45,661 nt of DNA from Leptospirales bacterium (lineage in GTDB: Bacteria; Spirochaetota; Leptospiria; Turneriellales; JAOUFE01), in NCBI GenBank assembly GCA_040326155.1, contig JBEQLE010000026.1:1-45661 (forward strand), in the 5' to 3' direction. The notes under the pieces are model-generated. The model worked only from the letters and a program-made list of their open reading frames with translations. It was not told the DNA's origin and made no database searches. Both the position numbers and the translations under genes were made by a program. Of this stretch, positions 12,199 to 21,388 are shown one piece after another (within the stretch, counting starts at the first letter, position 1; the number at the start of each line of letters is the position of its first letter).

Positions 12199-12939
12199 TT
12201 ATTCAAATACGTTAAAAGAATTCAAAATACCATCGCGAGCCAGCGAATACACCGTATCTAGTGCAATGCCACGTTCAAACTCAAGTGTTATAGTGGGAAT
12301 TTTTCTTTCCATACCGGCATAGGTACCCAGAGAGCCCGGTGTGGGGTAGCCAATATCGGGCGTTACCGGCATTGGAAGTTTTTCTGCAATTAAGGCGGCA
12401 AATTTTTCCGAAGGCCCATTTGTATTGATCATTGGTTTCCAGGAATGAAATGAAATAATAAAATCGGGTTGAAAATTTTCCATCAAATCTACAATCGCCT
12501 TCGTTTCAATTTCACTATTTGCCGCTTTTCCGGGATTATACCGAGGCTCTTCAAATTCAGCGGTCCAGTCTTTTGTCTGCATATTTCGATTCAAATCTAC
12601 GCCGTTTGAATTTTGCCGTTCAAATGCGAAAAAACCATCCGGGTTCACAATAGGAAGCAAATACAAGTCAATATTTAAATTTGATTTTGCATCGCCTGTT
12701 CCGAATTCATGAGTAAAATCTTCCATAAAACGAACGCCTTCCGTTTCATTTCCATGGACGCCACCAAGCAACAATACTTTACCTTTTGAATCTCTGGAGG
12801 CCGGAATAAACTTTCCCGAAATATCTCTACCCTGTAAAGATTTACCCAGCGTTTGCCAACCGGGTCCTGAGAACACAGCTGTGTCTGGTTTTTCATATGG
12901 AATAGATTTCTTTATCTCTTCGTTATCAATTTCTTCCAA
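12199..12939 (-). CDS. mpaA: M14 zinc carboxypeptidase, murein peptide amidase A-like
   Basis: GGVHGNETEG, NPDG, GVDLNRN, ISFH, GYPTPGSLG, ITLE. Confidence 0.85.
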   Translation of the reverse strand: MEEIDNEEIKKSIPYEKPDTAVFSGPGWQTLGKSLQGRDISGKFIPASRDSKGKVLLLGGVHGNETEGVRFMEDFTHEFGTGDAKSNLNIDLYLLPIVNPDGFFAFERQNSNGVDLNRNMQTKDWTAEFEEPRYNPGKAANSEIETKAIVDLMENFQPDFIISFHSWKPMINTNGPSEKFAALIAEKLPMPVTPDIGYPTPGSLGTYAGMERKIPTITLEFERGIALDTVYSLARDGILNSFNVFE

Positions 12940-12941
12940 AC

Positions 12942-13820
12942 TTATTCTCCTATTGCATTTCTGTATGTATTATACATTAGCATAGCTATAGTCATAGGGC
13001 CAACGCCTTTTGGAACAGGCGTAATAAACGAGCTTTTGTCTACCATATCTTTGTAATCAAGATCTCCGCATAACCCTGAATCGGTTCTGTGCATTCCCAC
13101 ATCAATTACAACAGCGCCTTCTTTTATATCTTCCGGCTTTACCAGACCACGAACACCCATTGCAGAAACAAGTATATCGGCATTTTTTACGTACTCAGTT
13201 AAGTTCCTGGTTTTTGAGTGGCAAATGGTCACTGTCGCTTGACCGGCGTCCATTAGCATTTGCGCAATAGGTTTTCCAACAATATTAGATCGCCCTAATA
13301 CAACGGCGTTTTTACCGGTGCAATCAATACCCGCCTGTTGAATCATAACCATAATACCCAGTGGAGTACAGGGAATAGTCCCGGGCGCTTTGGCGTATAA
13401 TCGACCTATGTTTTCAAAATGAAAGCCGTCGACGTCTTTTTCCGGGAGAATTCTTTGCAGAACAGTTCGCTCCTCAATATGGCCTGGCAAAGGTAGCTGG
13501 ACCAGAATACCATGAATTGCAGAGTCCTTATTCCATTCTTCAATCTGGTCTATTATAGCATCCTGACTGGAATCTTTGGGTACTCTTTGAATTATAGAAT
13601 GATATCCCAGCTCAGCGGCGGCTTTTTCTTTATGTGACACATAAACCTGACTGGCCGAGTCTTCACCTGCTAATAACACGGCTAAACCGGGAGTAATATT
13701 AGAAGCGGCCACCTTTTCAGTCAATTTTTCACGTATTTTTTTACCAAGTTTGTTTCCGTACAACAACTTACCGTCTATCCAGTCGCTTTTTTCAATATCA
13801 AAATTCGGGATATGAATCAT
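12942..13820 (-). CDS. folD: Bifunctional methylenetetrahydrofolate dehydrogenase/cyclohydrolase
   Basis: HGILVQLPLP, KDVDGFH, PCTP.G, GRSNIVGKP, TPVP.GVGPMT. Confidence 0.97.
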   Translation of the reverse strand: MIHIPNFDIEKSDWIDGKLLYGNKLGKKIREKLTEKVAASNITPGLAVLLAGEDSASQVYVSHKEKAAAELGYHSIIQRVPKDSSQDAIIDQIEEWNKDSAIHGILVQLPLPGHIEERTVLQRILPEKDVDGFHFENIGRLYAKAPGTIPCTPLGIMVMIQQAGIDCTGKNAVVLGRSNIVGKPIAQMLMDAGQATVTICHSKTRNLTEYVKNADILVSAMGVRGLVKPEDIKEGAVVIDVGMHRTDSGLCGDLDYKDMVDKSSFITPVPKGVGPMTIAMLMYNTYRNAIGE

Positions 13821-13833
13821 GCCTTACCTTACC

Positions 13834-14709
13834 TCATGAATGAATTAATGTCATAGAAAATATTACAAATAAAACGAGAACGCTGTATATATTAATGGCA
13901 ATAAATGTTTTTTTATAATTCATATTTTTACTGGGAAAGATCAGGTTTCGTGACATCCACAAAATACCAATAGAGATTACGATTAAGGCAACCCAGACAG
14001 CTTTAATATAAATATCGCCGGCAATCGGAATCGCAAGTGCGGAAAGGACCGTAACAAATATTCCGGCAAATGTTAAATAACGTAGCGTCTTTTCTGAAGT
14101 TTGTTTAATAAGAGTGGGTAAACCAGCCTTTTCATAATCGTCTCCGTATAAAAACAGCAAAAGCCAGAAATGGGGAATTTGCCATACAAACATAAAGAAA
14201 CAAACCGCAAGAATAAACGGGTCGAGTATATCTCCCCCGGCGGCAGCCCACCCCACCCCTGGCGGAACTCCGCCAATAACAGAGCCTGGTATTACCGCAA
14301 TCGGTGAAACTCGTTTCAAATAGGTATAAAAACCATTGTACCAGATAAACGCAGAAAGGCCAAGTGCAGTTGCAATCCAGTTTGTTTTTAAGACGAGTAT
14401 TGTAAGGCCTGCGACTAAATAAAGTAAAATAAAAATAACGACATGTAGTGGTTTTACACGACCAGAAGGAAGCGGACGATCTTTTGTCCGATTCATTTTT
14501 GCATCAAGCTTCCTGTCTTGTAACTGGTTCAACGCAGCCGAGCTGAGTCCGATTAATAATATCCCGAGAACGGGCCAGATAATATGAGAAGTCCTTGGCG
14601 CATCAACAAGCAAATACCCAATAGCCGTAGTAATAGTCACAGAAAAAGTAATCCGTATTTTTCCTAGCTCCAGGGACAGAAGAATCCATTTTTTTAACCA
14701 AGCGATCAT
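13834..14709 (-). CDS. ctaB: Protoheme IX farnesyltransferase (heme O synthase)
   Basis: NQ..DR..DA.M.RT..RPLPSGR, YT.LKR, WQ.PHFW, DY..AG.P. Confidence 0.95.
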   Translation of the reverse strand: MIAWLKKWILLSLELGKIRITFSVTITTAIGYLLVDAPRTSHIIWPVLGILLIGLSSAALNQLQDRKLDAKMNRTKDRPLPSGRVKPLHVVIFILLYLVAGLTILVLKTNWIATALGLSAFIWYNGFYTYLKRVSPIAVIPGSVIGGVPPGVGWAAAGGDILDPFILAVCFFMFVWQIPHFWLLLFLYGDDYEKAGLPTLIKQTSEKTLRYLTFAGIFVTVLSALAIPIAGDIYIKAVWVALIVISIGILWMSRNLIFPSKNMNYKKTFIAINIYSVLVLFVIFSMTLIHS

Positions 14710-14923
14710 TTGTTTTTTGTTTTTCGCACATGGCGCGAATATCTAACGAGTATATGCAAACTGATAAAGGTGCATGGCCTGCCAAGTGAAAAACAAATCC
14801 TTTACAAACTATTTTGAAATAACGGGATGTTAAATATATGCAGCTTCTTACCTGAAAATTTTCCAGGAGTCGGTAAATCGATTTCTAAGTTGCTATACAA
14901 TTATTATCAAAAGGAGATTATCA

Positions 14924-15340
14924 ATGATGCAAAATTTACCCGCTATATTTTCTTCGTTTAACGCACTTGCCTTTATCTTTATTATAGCTGCTTACATAGC
15001 TATACGGGCAGGAAATCAAGATAGACATAAAAAATTAATGATAGGAGCCCTTGGCGCCTCTGTAGTTTTTCTTATACTTTATCTTTTTTATCATTACACA
15101 AATGAAGCCCCAACGAGATACCAGGGAACAGGTTTTATACGGTTTGTATATTTTACAATTCTGCTTTCCCACACAATTTTGGCCGTTATTATACTGCCTA
15201 TGATTATAACTACGGTGATGTTTGCTGCAAAAGGGAAATTAGAAAAACATAAAAATTTGGCGAAGTGGACCTTCCCGTTATGGGCATACGTATCCATTAC
15301 CGGAGTAATTGTTTATCTAATGCTGTATCAGTTTCAGTAA
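14924..15340 (+). CDS. DUF420 family membrane protein
   Basis: H...M..A...S..FL..YL.YH, YF.IL.SH..LA, H...A.WT.P.W.YVS.TG..VY.MLY. Confidence 0.9.
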   Translation: MMQNLPAIFSSFNALAFIFIIAAYIAIRAGNQDRHKKLMIGALGASVVFLILYLFYHYTNEAPTRYQGTGFIRFVYFTILLSHTILAVIILPMIITTVMFAAKGKLEKHKNLAKWTFPLWAYVSITGVIVYLMLYQFQ

Positions 15341-15360
15341 TTTTGAAAGAATTTTGAAAG

Positions 15361-15395
15361 AAAAAAAACCGGAAGAGAAAGTTTACTCTTCCGGT
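15361..15395 (-). terminator. Intrinsic terminator of the oxidase operon (between convergent genes)
   Basis: CCGGAAGAG-N8-CTCTTCCGG stem with an A-run on the left, read as a U-tract on the minus strand. Confidence 0.75.
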
Positions 15396-15410
15396 CATTG
15401 ACCAGCACTA

Positions 15411-15647
15411 CTACTCACCGGAATCGGATTCAGCTTGCTTAGTACCTTTTCGATAAACATAGTAAATGGTCAGCCCGATCGATGTCGGAAGAATTGATAG
15501 TATTAGAACTGTTAAACCATATGCACCCATTTTGGATTCCGAATATCCGGCTGTGCAAGTTGAACAAGCCATCAAAGAAGATACCGAATACACACTGTAA
15601 ACAAGAACTGCTATCAGGATTTTACCTGTTTTCATTATATTTTTCAT
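15411..15647 (-). CDS. Small membrane protein with CxxC, last gene of the oxidase operon
   Basis: Signal-like N-terminus, AC STC motif, one TM helix; co-oriented with the cox genes. Confidence 0.7.
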   Translation of the reverse strand: MKNIMKTGKILIAVLVYSVYSVSSLMACSTCTAGYSESKMGAYGLTVLILSILPTSIGLTIYYVYRKGTKQAESDSGE

Positions 15648-15670
15648 AGTAAGACCCTATTTTGTTTTTA

Positions 15671-16279
15671 TTAGTACATGTAAACCAGTACATACAATAT
15701 TGGCCAAAGACCAACTACGAAATACCAGTAAATACTAGATGATGAAATAGACTTTTTAATTAAGTCAAAATCGGAGGCTTTTGCTATTTTTATTACAATA
15801 GCAGTTAAATAAAACAGACCGCCTAATGCGTGAATTCCATGCGCTCCAATAATCAAGTAGAAAAAGGAGCCATACAAATCGGTAGTCATACTTTTATTTT
15901 CACTCATTAAGGCCACCCACTCAGCGCCTTGTAGAGCTACAAATAAATAGCCTAGAAACAATGTAGCTACAAGTAATAAATTTACTTTTTTCTTATCCAT
16001 CTCTTTGGATTTACCAATTTCACGAACGACTAAATACATCGTAACTCCACTCATTAATAGAAAGGAGGTATTGATTGCAGTCCAGGTGAAAGGTAGTACA
16101 CCAAGCCAATCTACAGGAGGCCAGGCACCGGTATAATCTGCGCGATTAACTATAAGCGCACTGATTAAACCACCAAAAAGCATTACTTCAGTAGCGAGAA
16201 ATATTAAAACCCCGAGAACTCCGTTATGAATAACGGAGTTCCGGGAAGTTCCTCGCCTATGTTGAGAAACTGTTTCCAT
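15671..16279 (-). CDS. ctaE: Cytochrome c oxidase subunit III (second copy)
   Basis: FLATEVMLF.GL, NT..LL.SG, Q..EW, FY...G.H..H, YWYFV..LW. Confidence 0.9.
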   Translation of the reverse strand: METVSQHRRGTSRNSVIHNGVLGVLIFLATEVMLFGGLISALIVNRADYTGAWPPVDWLGVLPFTWTAINTSFLLMSGVTMYLVVREIGKSKEMDKKKVNLLLVATLFLGYLFVALQGAEWVALMSENKSMTTDLYGSFFYLIIGAHGIHALGGLFYLTAIVIKIAKASDFDLIKKSISSSSIYWYFVVGLWPILYVLVYMY

Positions 16280-16282
16280 AAT

Positions 16283-16657
16283 TTATTTTACAGTACCTTC
16301 AAGAATCTCGTATAGATTTACAAAATCTACAGCAGGATCAAGTGCGGTAAAGTTCACTGACAATATTTGATGAATATTCGCTGAATCCGGATATACTCCG
16401 GCAAAGAAAATAATCATACAAGCTATTGAAAGATATGGGAACAAATCAACTAACTTTGGCTCATACTTCAGGTGCATAAAATTTGCAATAACCAAATATG
16501 CTTTGATTGTTGAAAAACCAAAAATAAGTGTTACGGATAACAATTTATTCCCGGTGACCACGAAGTCAACGACAACGCTAAGGGCCATTAGTACTACAAG
16601 TACTATACCAATAACATTGTAATTTGGATGTCCATGATAATCTTGTTCGTTTGACAT
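16283..16657 (-). CDS. ctaF: Cytochrome c oxidase subunit IV
   Basis: KA.LV...FMHLKYE motif, three TM helices. Confidence 0.88.
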   Translation of the reverse strand: MSNEQDYHGHPNYNVIGIVLVVLMALSVVVDFVVTGNKLLSVTLIFGFSTIKAYLVIANFMHLKYEPKLVDLFPYLSIACMIIFFAGVYPDSANIHQILSVNFTALDPAVDFVNLYEILEGTVK

Positions 16658-16675
16658 ATTTATCTCCTTTTACTC

Positions 16676-17323
16676 TTACTGAGCTAAATAGAACATAGGA
16701 AACAAGAAAATCCAGATCAAGTCAACCATGTGCCAGTACATACCAGCTAGTTCAACTCTGTGAAGATTCTTACCTTTGCTCGCACTCAGCATCACGATAA
16801 AAATGGCAAGCGCACCAATAACAACATGCAAACCATGAAAACCAGTCATAATAAAGTAGTATGACCAAAATAATGTTTTCACTGATTGCAGTCCGCCGTC
16901 AGCAGCGATTGCGCCGTACTCAGTTGGAAGCCAATCAAAACTTCTTAAGCTTGCGCCAAGATGAAAATCGTGGCTCCACTCAAAATAAAATTTGATAAAC
17001 AAGAAAACTGCCGCCAAAGCGATAGTGACCAAGCTAAACATCTTAATTTTACTAAGTTCGTTGTTCATTGCCGCTTCATGAGCTTTAACGATCGACCAGC
17101 TACTCGCTAGTAAAATCGTCGTGTTAATTGCGCCCCAATACCAAAGAATAATCGGTTGATCACCGTCCATCATTGCCGCTGGAAAAGCACCACCGTACTC
17201 AAAACGAGCCAATAGGTAACATGCTATAAATCCACCGAAGATGATTAACTCACCAGCAACCAACAACCATATAGCCAAACGGCCTTTTGGTACTTGTTCT
17301 ATAGTTACATTTTCAGCACTCAT
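16676..17323 (-). CDS. ctaE: Cytochrome c oxidase subunit III
   Basis: W...GE..IFGG, NT.ILL.SS, YF.MTGFHGLHV, GMYWH.VDLIWIFLFP. Confidence 0.92.
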   Translation of the reverse strand: MSAENVTIEQVPKGRLAIWLLVAGELIIFGGFIACYLLARFEYGGAFPAAMMDGDQPIILWYWGAINTTILLASSWSIVKAHEAAMNNELSKIKMFSLVTIALAAVFLFIKFYFEWSHDFHLGASLRSFDWLPTEYGAIAADGGLQSVKTLFWSYYFIMTGFHGLHVVIGALAIFIVMLSASKGKNLHRVELAGMYWHMVDLIWIFLFPMFYLAQ

Positions 17324-17349
17324 ATATTCCTTCCTTATAGTTTCCTGAA

Positions 17350-19038
17350 TTACTGCTCATTCTGAGGCCAGTAATCAGAACCACTTCTATCGGGATGACT
17401 GTACTCGTATGGTCCTCTATAGCAAGTCGGATACGTTTCAAAGTTTCCGTGCGGAGGAGGTGAGTCAGCAACCCATTCCAGTGTATTGGATTTCCAGGGA
17501 TTTTTGCCAGCAGGTTCGCCACTGACAGCACTTTTGAATATATTGATAAACAACAATAACTGAGAGGCAGCAAGAATAATAGCTCCAATAGTCGCTACTA
17601 CTCTAAACTGTAAAATCCAGTCTTGTTCTACCATAAAGTCATAGACCTGGTAGTCAACAATTCGTCTGTGTTGTCCCCACATTCCAGTAAAGAAAAGCGG
17701 AAATGCGAAAACGTTCAATCCGATAATAGTTAACCAGAAATGAAGTTTTCCCAAACCTTCGCTCATAAATTTACCGCTAAATTTCGGGAACCAGTAATAA
17801 ATACCGGAAATACCACCGAAAAATACGACTGGAATGAGCGTATAATGGAAGTGAGCTACCACGAAATAAGAATCGTGGGCATAAATATCAAAAGCACTTG
17901 AACCAAGGTAAATACCAGTTACACCACCAACAAGGAACATCGATACGAAACCGGTGGCCCAAAGCATTGGTGTTTTCATTTCAATCTGCCCGCCAAAATA
18001 GGATGCAATGTATGCAAACATAATTAAAGCAAACGGAATTGAAATAATAATAGTGGTAATACTGAAGAATGTCGCCATTCTTGGGTCAATACCTGCAATA
18101 AACTGATGGTGAGCCCAAACAATTAAAGCGATAAACGCTGAAGCAACAGCTGATATCAAAACTAATCGATATGCAAAAAGTGGCTTACGAGTAAAAGTTG
18201 GAATAATCTCAGCAACAATACCTAAAGCTGGAAGTAATACTACGTATACTTCAGGGTGTCCGAAGAACCAAAACAGGTGTTGGAATAAAACCGGGTCTCC
18301 CCCGCGAGCGGGATCGTAAAAACCAGTACCAAAAACCCTGTCAAACAGAAGCATTACAGCGCCTGCAATTAGAGGTCCTACAGAGAACATGAAGTCAAGC
18401 GCAGCAAGGTTTACAAACCATACTACAATTGGAATATCCATGAACTTCATACCTTTAGCTCTCATATTAAGAGAGGTTACCATGAAGTTAATACCACCCA
18501 TTAGCATAGAAGCAAATTCTAATGCTACAGCAAGAATCAATAGTGAAGGACCTGAAATCAGGTTACCTAACACTGCGCCCACCGTTGAGTAGTCTCCACC
18601 GTAGCTCGCCGAGAGAGGCGGGTAAATCGTCCAGCCTGTCGCAGTTGGTCCTCCGCCGCCCCATAGGCCGCTAATTAATGAAAGAACCAATACCAAAGTA
18701 CTGACTAAAAATATCCAGAATGACATCATGTTCAATTTAGGGAACGCCATATCATCGCAACCGATCATTAAAGGAATAACAAAGTTTCCTAAAGCTGCCA
18801 ACAATACGGGCATTGCAGCCCAAAAGAACATAATCATAGCATGGTTAGTCACCAAACCATTGTACACAGTTCCACTCATATCCATTGAACCTGGCCAAGC
18901 CAGTTTGATACGAAATACAACCGCAAACATTCCGCCAATAAAGGCAAACAATAGTCCTGTGAAGAAATACTGTTTCCCAATTACTTTATGGTCTGTAGAA
19001 AATATTTTTCCTAATAGACCAGTTTCATGTGAACTCAT
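17350..19038 (-). CDS. ctaD: Heme-copper oxidase subunit I (A-family-like)
   Basis: STDHK.IG, DMAFP.LN, GWT.YPPLS, FWFFGHPEVY, WAHH, HD.YFVVAHFHY, RR. Confidence 0.96.
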   Translation of the reverse strand: MSSHETGLLGKIFSTDHKVIGKQYFFTGLLFAFIGGMFAVVFRIKLAWPGSMDMSGTVYNGLVTNHAMIMFFWAAMPVLLAALGNFVIPLMIGCDDMAFPKLNMMSFWIFLVSTLVLVLSLISGLWGGGGPTATGWTIYPPLSASYGGDYSTVGAVLGNLISGPSLLILAVALEFASMLMGGINFMVTSLNMRAKGMKFMDIPIVVWFVNLAALDFMFSVGPLIAGAVMLLFDRVFGTGFYDPARGGDPVLFQHLFWFFGHPEVYVVLLPALGIVAEIIPTFTRKPLFAYRLVLISAVASAFIALIVWAHHQFIAGIDPRMATFFSITTIIISIPFALIMFAYIASYFGGQIEMKTPMLWATGFVSMFLVGGVTGIYLGSSAFDIYAHDSYFVVAHFHYTLIPVVFFGGISGIYYWFPKFSGKFMSEGLGKLHFWLTIIGLNVFAFPLFFTGMWGQHRRIVDYQVYDFMVEQDWILQFRVVATIGAIILAASQLLLFINIFKSAVSGEPAGKNPWKSNTLEWVADSPPPHGNFETYPTCYRGPYEYSHPDRSGSDYWPQNEQ

Positions 19039-19790
19039 TAAGAACCCTCCTCATCAGGAAAACGGCTAGTGTATTGTGGAGGTTTAATATCTGCTATACC
19101 TTCATAGAAAGCGGCAGGATTTGCTAGAAATTCTGCATAATCTTCCGGAGATACAACTTTTACTTCCCCACGCATCGAACCGTGGTTACTACCGCAAATT
19201 TCAGCGCATATTAACTCATAGTTCTTCCCGCTAATTTGGGTAGCTTCAACCCATCGTACAATAACACGGCCCGGGATTACATCTTGCTTAAATCGAAATT
19301 CTCTCACAAAAAAGTTGTGAAGCATATCGACAGAGCTTAGATTTAACTCAGACACCTTGTTCACGGGTAAGATTAATGGTTTCCCATAATCTCCATCAAA
19401 ATCATCAGTAGTACCAAGTTTTCCATCCGCTCCTGCGTACTGAAAACTCCATTCAAACTGCTGTCCTGTAACCTTAACAGGAACAGATTTTGCCTTCTGA
19501 TCATCCGTCATAAATTCAACCTTGGTCCATACTTTAGTTGTTATTATGTCAATATACATATCACATGCAACAACAAGTATTAAGGGTATCAAGATCCATT
19601 TAGTTTGCTCCCAGCCGATACCAGGGATATACTTAGCTTTCCCCCCCTCGGTTTTAAGGCTGGTAAAGATACCATAGAATAGAGCTGCGGTAGATACGAC
19701 AAACCAAGCAACTACAAATATTGTAATCTCAATAATCAGTCCATCAATATCTGCAGCATAGCTACTAAAACTATCCGGTAATATTTTCAT
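19038..19790 (-). CDS. ctaC: Cytochrome c oxidase subunit II (CuA)
   Basis: Two TM helices, G.QF.W.F.Y, D..H.F, KQD..PG, CAEICGSNHGSM CuA motif. Confidence 0.94.
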   Translation of the reverse strand: MKILPDSFSSYAADIDGLIIEITIFVVAWFVVSTAALFYGIFTSLKTEGGKAKYIPGIGWEQTKWILIPLILVVACDMYIDIITTKVWTKVEFMTDDQKAKSVPVKVTGQQFEWSFQYAGADGKLGTTDDFDGDYGKPLILPVNKVSELNLSSVDMLHNFFVREFRFKQDVIPGRVIVRWVEATQISGKNYELICAEICGSNHGSMRGEVKVVSPEDYAEFLANPAAFYEGIADIKPPQYTSRFPDEEGS

Positions 19791-19956
19791 ACTTCCTCCT
19801 TATCAAAAAATTAAAAAAGTGAATAACACCTTAATGTAAAAAAGAGCCTTCCTCAACTCTATCTTATCATCAAAGATAGGCCAGTTACTCATAAAACTCT
19901 TATCTGTCAAACTTTTTTTAGATTCGTTGTTTCTACCGGTAAAAAATATTCACAGG

Positions 19957-20403
19957 TTAAATCTCTTTTTGCAGAACAATAGCATCAATAAGACCGGCAT
20001 AATATCGTTTTCGCACTGATATCTTATGAAAAGCAAATTTTTTATACAGCTTTAAAGCCGGTTTATTCGTAATGGCCACTTCACCCAGTATATTATCCAC
20101 TTCAAGTCGTTTTGCTTCTTTAATTAAGAAGTCCAGCATCTGTGAACCGATACCGCGTGCGCGAAATTCTGTTGCAACACCTATTTTCTTCAGTTCTATG
20201 GCTTCGCCTGCAATGCCAAAACTTAAAAAACCCATAGGAACTCCATCTTCCAAGGAAGTAGTCGCCAGATACAAACGATTTGATTCATTATAAATTTCCT
20301 GAATCCACTGTTTTTTTGTCCAGGGTGGGGTAAATATGTAGGTATCTAGCATGACAACGAGGTCAAAATCGGAACTATTTTTATCGACAGGCGTTAAGAT
20401 CAT
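19957..20403 (-). CDS. rimI: GNAT N-acetyltransferase, RimI-like (start at ATG 20403 avoids overlap with the next gene)
   Basis: PW......E, IGV..EFR.RGIG, EV...N.PA..LY.K..F.....RK.YY..DA. Confidence 0.8.
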   Translation of the reverse strand: MILTPVDKNSSDFDLVVMLDTYIFTPPWTKKQWIQEIYNESNRLYLATTSLEDGVPMGFLSFGIAGEAIELKKIGVATEFRARGIGSQMLDFLIKEAKRLEVDNILGEVAITNKPALKLYKKFAFHKISVRKRYYAGLIDAIVLQKEI

Positions 20404-20457
20404 AAAAATTTGTTGCAGAACTGTTTTCTCTCGGTGAACTAACGTAGGTAAAGCACT

Positions 20458-21384
20458 ATGATAGAACAATTTATAAACCGATTAACATCAAATCCAAATT
20501 TTATAGGGCAACCGTCAAGCACAGTAGAGATACATATTTGTAATTTTATTCAACAAAACAAGCAAAACCTGGCCCCGGTTTTGACCCAGCAGCTCTTCCC
20601 TGGCAGTGCTCTGGATGCGGCTACACAACAATTAACCGAAGCAGTAGCCCTGTATATTGGCGCCAATGTCCTGGAACAGTCCAGGAAGGTTATTACAAAC
20701 GTTATTGATTTGAATGTTTTATCTTCAAGCGGTATAAACCTCACCACGACAAATGAAGAACTTATTCAAATGATTCTCGTTTACTATGAAAAAATTATAA
20801 AACACCGGGAAGCAAGACAACAAATCGATGCTGTAAATACAATTTTGTCGGAACATATGATAGAAAATTACATCAACGCGGCATTTGAGAATAAAACCTA
20901 TCTTTATAATGAAATATATAGAATCGACTCTCACCATTTTAAAGCCGATGCCGTCATAGAGTACCTGAAACTTGTAACTTTAATTGTACCTGGCTTTGGA
21001 ATAGCCATGCCTGTACCGGGTAGCGCTACTCCGCTCTGCGCCACGGAGTTAAGAAAAGATAAAAAGCGGCTGGAAAAATATTTTCAACAAATTGTTCCCG
21101 TTTTACGCCAGATGCTGCCGCCTATTAACGAAGATTTGTGGAATACCGCAAAATCTATTTTTTTAGACCACTCCGAAAACCCCGACCAGGAACCAACTTC
21201 CAAATTTCTTGCCATTTTACTTTTACGCGCTAAAGATTTTCAACAAATAACAAAATTAGATAAGGGAGCTGAAACTCCCGATAAATCCTGGTTTTCAGTG
21301 CATATGAGAAATGCGGGCTTCTTAGGCCTGGATAAAACTCTACTGGAAGATCTAAACAGACTTGCTTTCGAGATGAGGAAATAA
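20458..21384 (+). CDS. Conserved-looking hypothetical protein
   Basis: 308-aa ORF in an operon-like arrangement with the two downstream genes; no motif recognised. Confidence 0.7.
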   Translation: MIEQFINRLTSNPNFIGQPSSTVEIHICNFIQQNKQNLAPVLTQQLFPGSALDAATQQLTEAVALYIGANVLEQSRKVITNVIDLNVLSSSGINLTTTNEELIQMILVYYEKIIKHREARQQIDAVNTILSEHMIENYINAAFENKTYLYNEIYRIDSHHFKADAVIEYLKLVTLIVPGFGIAMPVPGSATPLCATELRKDKKRLEKYFQQIVPVLRQMLPPINEDLWNTAKSIFLDHSENPDQEPTSKFLAILLLRAKDFQQITKLDKGAETPDKSWFSVHMRNAGFLGLDKTLLEDLNRLAFEMRK

Positions 21385-21388
21385 AAAA

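Noticed and set aside
17350..19038. Nitric oxide reductase call for subunit I
   Set aside because: The GHPEVY motif with the active-site Tyr and the D-channel residues are retained, and ctaA/ctaB and subunits III/IV are present, all typical of O2 reductases.
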